Shown: one piece after another, positions 63,357 to 64,000 of the stretch | How the letters are laid out: every line of letters starts with the position of its first letter | Numbering within the stretch: the stretch's first letter is position 1 | Assembly (NCBI GenBank): GCA_029936315.1 | Contig: JAPYTD010000006.1 | Location: 16,442-80,441 of the forward strand | Direction of reading: 5' to 3' | DNA: 64,000 nucleotides | Source of the DNA: Planctomycetota bacterium | GTDB taxonomy: Bacteria > Planctomycetota > UBA1135 > UBA2386 | Notes under the pieces: generated by a model | The model's database searches: none | Seen by the model: the letters and a program-made list of their open reading frames with translations, nothing else | Told to the model about the DNA's origin: nothing | Translations under genes and position numbers: made by a program

Positions 63357-64000
63357 ATGAATAGGTCGTCACTGCTGATATCCGTCTTGGGCCTGATGCT
63401 CACATCCTTTGCGGTCATGATGTGGCTGGGCAGTGAGCAGAGTGTGCCGCCGGCACCTCCGGCGACCGATGGCCCAGCGCTTGAGATTGCGAGCGAGGTT
63501 GCGTCTTCAGCAGTCGAAGCGGCGTTTGTGGTTGCTGACCCCGATGACGAAGCGGAAGACGTCGTCGATGACGAAGCCCGCGAAGAAGTCGTCATCGAGA
63601 TGGACGACTCGCCGCAGCTCCTCATCCAGGTATGGACCGGCAAGCGTGGTGTCGTTGCGCCCGAGGCCGAGGTGTTCGTGTTGGAAGGGTACAAGCGCTC
63701 CGGACCGCGCGATGCCTTTCAGCCGCATCGTTGTGAATTGGCGATCACACTCGGCAAGCGCTACCGCGCGTCGTCCGAGGGGCGAGTTGCTGTGCCAAGG
63801 CTCAAGGCCGACGCCATCGTCGCGGCGCGGCTGCCAGGCGCGGCTGGCATGGTCAGCGTTCGCAAGCACTACTCCAAAAGCTCAGTCGTGCTGCAGCCAG
63901 ATGAAACTGTCACTGTGCGCGTGGTCAACTACCTAGGTCGACCCGCAGCTGGCGTGCCCGTAGGGATTCAGCAGCGCATTGCCAGTCGTGTGCCGGTCAA
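63357..64000 (+). CDS. Hypothetical membrane-anchored protein. The 3' end runs off the window, so it is absent from the ORF track.
   Basis: My own translation from the ATG at 63357 is open to the window end: MNRSSLLISVLGLMLTSFAVMMWLG (TM anchor), an acidic linker (DPDDEAEDVVDDEAREE), then a beta-sandwich-like region (VTVRVVNYLGRPAAGVPVGI). Confidence 0.55.
   Translation, partial: MNRSSLLISVLGLMLTSFAVMMWLGSEQSVPPAPPATDGPALEIASEVASSAVEAAFVVADPDDEAEDVVDDEAREEVVIEMDDSPQLLIQVWTGKRGVVAPEAEVFVLEGYKRSGPRDAFQPHRCELAITLGKRYRASSEGRVAVPRLKADAIVAARLPGAAGMVSVRKHYSKSSVVLQPDETVTVRVVNYLGRPAAGVPVGIQQRIASRVPV

Noticed and set aside
1-64000. Scan for CRISPR arrays, IS elements or transposases, rRNA, additional tRNAs (including tRNA-Sec), toxin-antitoxin pairs and recognisable phage-defence operons.
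   Set aside because: I saw no regularly spaced direct repeats, no transposase or integrase motifs, and no second T-arm-like GGTTCRAWTCC sequence. A manual scan cannot exclude short or degenerate elements, so tRNAscan-SE, Infernal and CRISPR-finder runs would be decisive.

Overview
GC-rich bacterial chromosomal segment, densely coding on both strands. I call about 55 protein genes and one tRNA (tRNA-Pro, anticodon GGG). I found no rRNA, CRISPR array, transposase, integrase or prophage signature. The ORF track translates GTG and TTG starts as M, and it contains many long antisense 'shadow' ORFs typical of high-GC DNA. I chose frames by recognisable family motifs, signal peptides and amino-acid composition.

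Recognisable content:
- MoxR-DUF58 pair, sulfatase, acyltransferase-3, LOR/SDH (TIGR00300-like) protein.
- An HExxH lipoprotein, an atypical Ser/Thr kinase, a cysteine-dioxygenase-like cupin, and an orphan HAMP histidine kinase.
- A roughly 1240-aa protein built of CarboxypepD_reg-like repeats, and a DUF1028-Ig/IPT exported protein.
- An orphan N6-adenine DNA methyltransferase whose start overlaps the ilvA stop.
- galK, a fabG-like SDR, DUF1552, and two overlapping amidohydrolases.
- Futalosine-pathway mqnE and mqnC at separate loci; engB, yjdM, glpK and a nitrilase.
- An ECF sigma factor with an LRR anti-sigma factor; oligopeptidase B; a class-C beta-lactamase-fold hydrolase.
- A LarA-like protein, an M49 dipeptidyl-peptidase-III-like lipoprotein followed by a radical SAM gene, an ABC-2 exporter and a Kelch propeller.

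The gene repertoire (DUF1552, sulfatase, futalosine pathway, LRR anti-sigma, many lipoproteins) suggests a PVC/Planctomycetota-like or similar heterotroph. That is inference only.

Most interesting observation: the two track ORFs 61693..62298 and 62308..62781 are in the same frame and are separated by a single TGA. That TGA sits exactly at the selenocysteine position of the iodothyronine-deiodinase active-site motif (FGSCT-U-xPF ... EAHxxDG). A perfect 8-bp hairpin with a GGUC apical loop follows it. Together they read as one exported selenoprotein with four EF-hands fused to a deiodinase-like domain, plus a bacterial SECIS-like element.

Other leads:
- A free-standing archaeal-ThrRS-editing-like domain, translationally coupled to a Tat-signal cupin.
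- The M49 peptidase/radical SAM pair, whose radical SAM protein has Cx4Cx2C cysteine spacing.
- A 324-nt structured non-coding leader upstream of mqnE.
- Mutually antisense mini-ORFs that each encode a perfect export signal.
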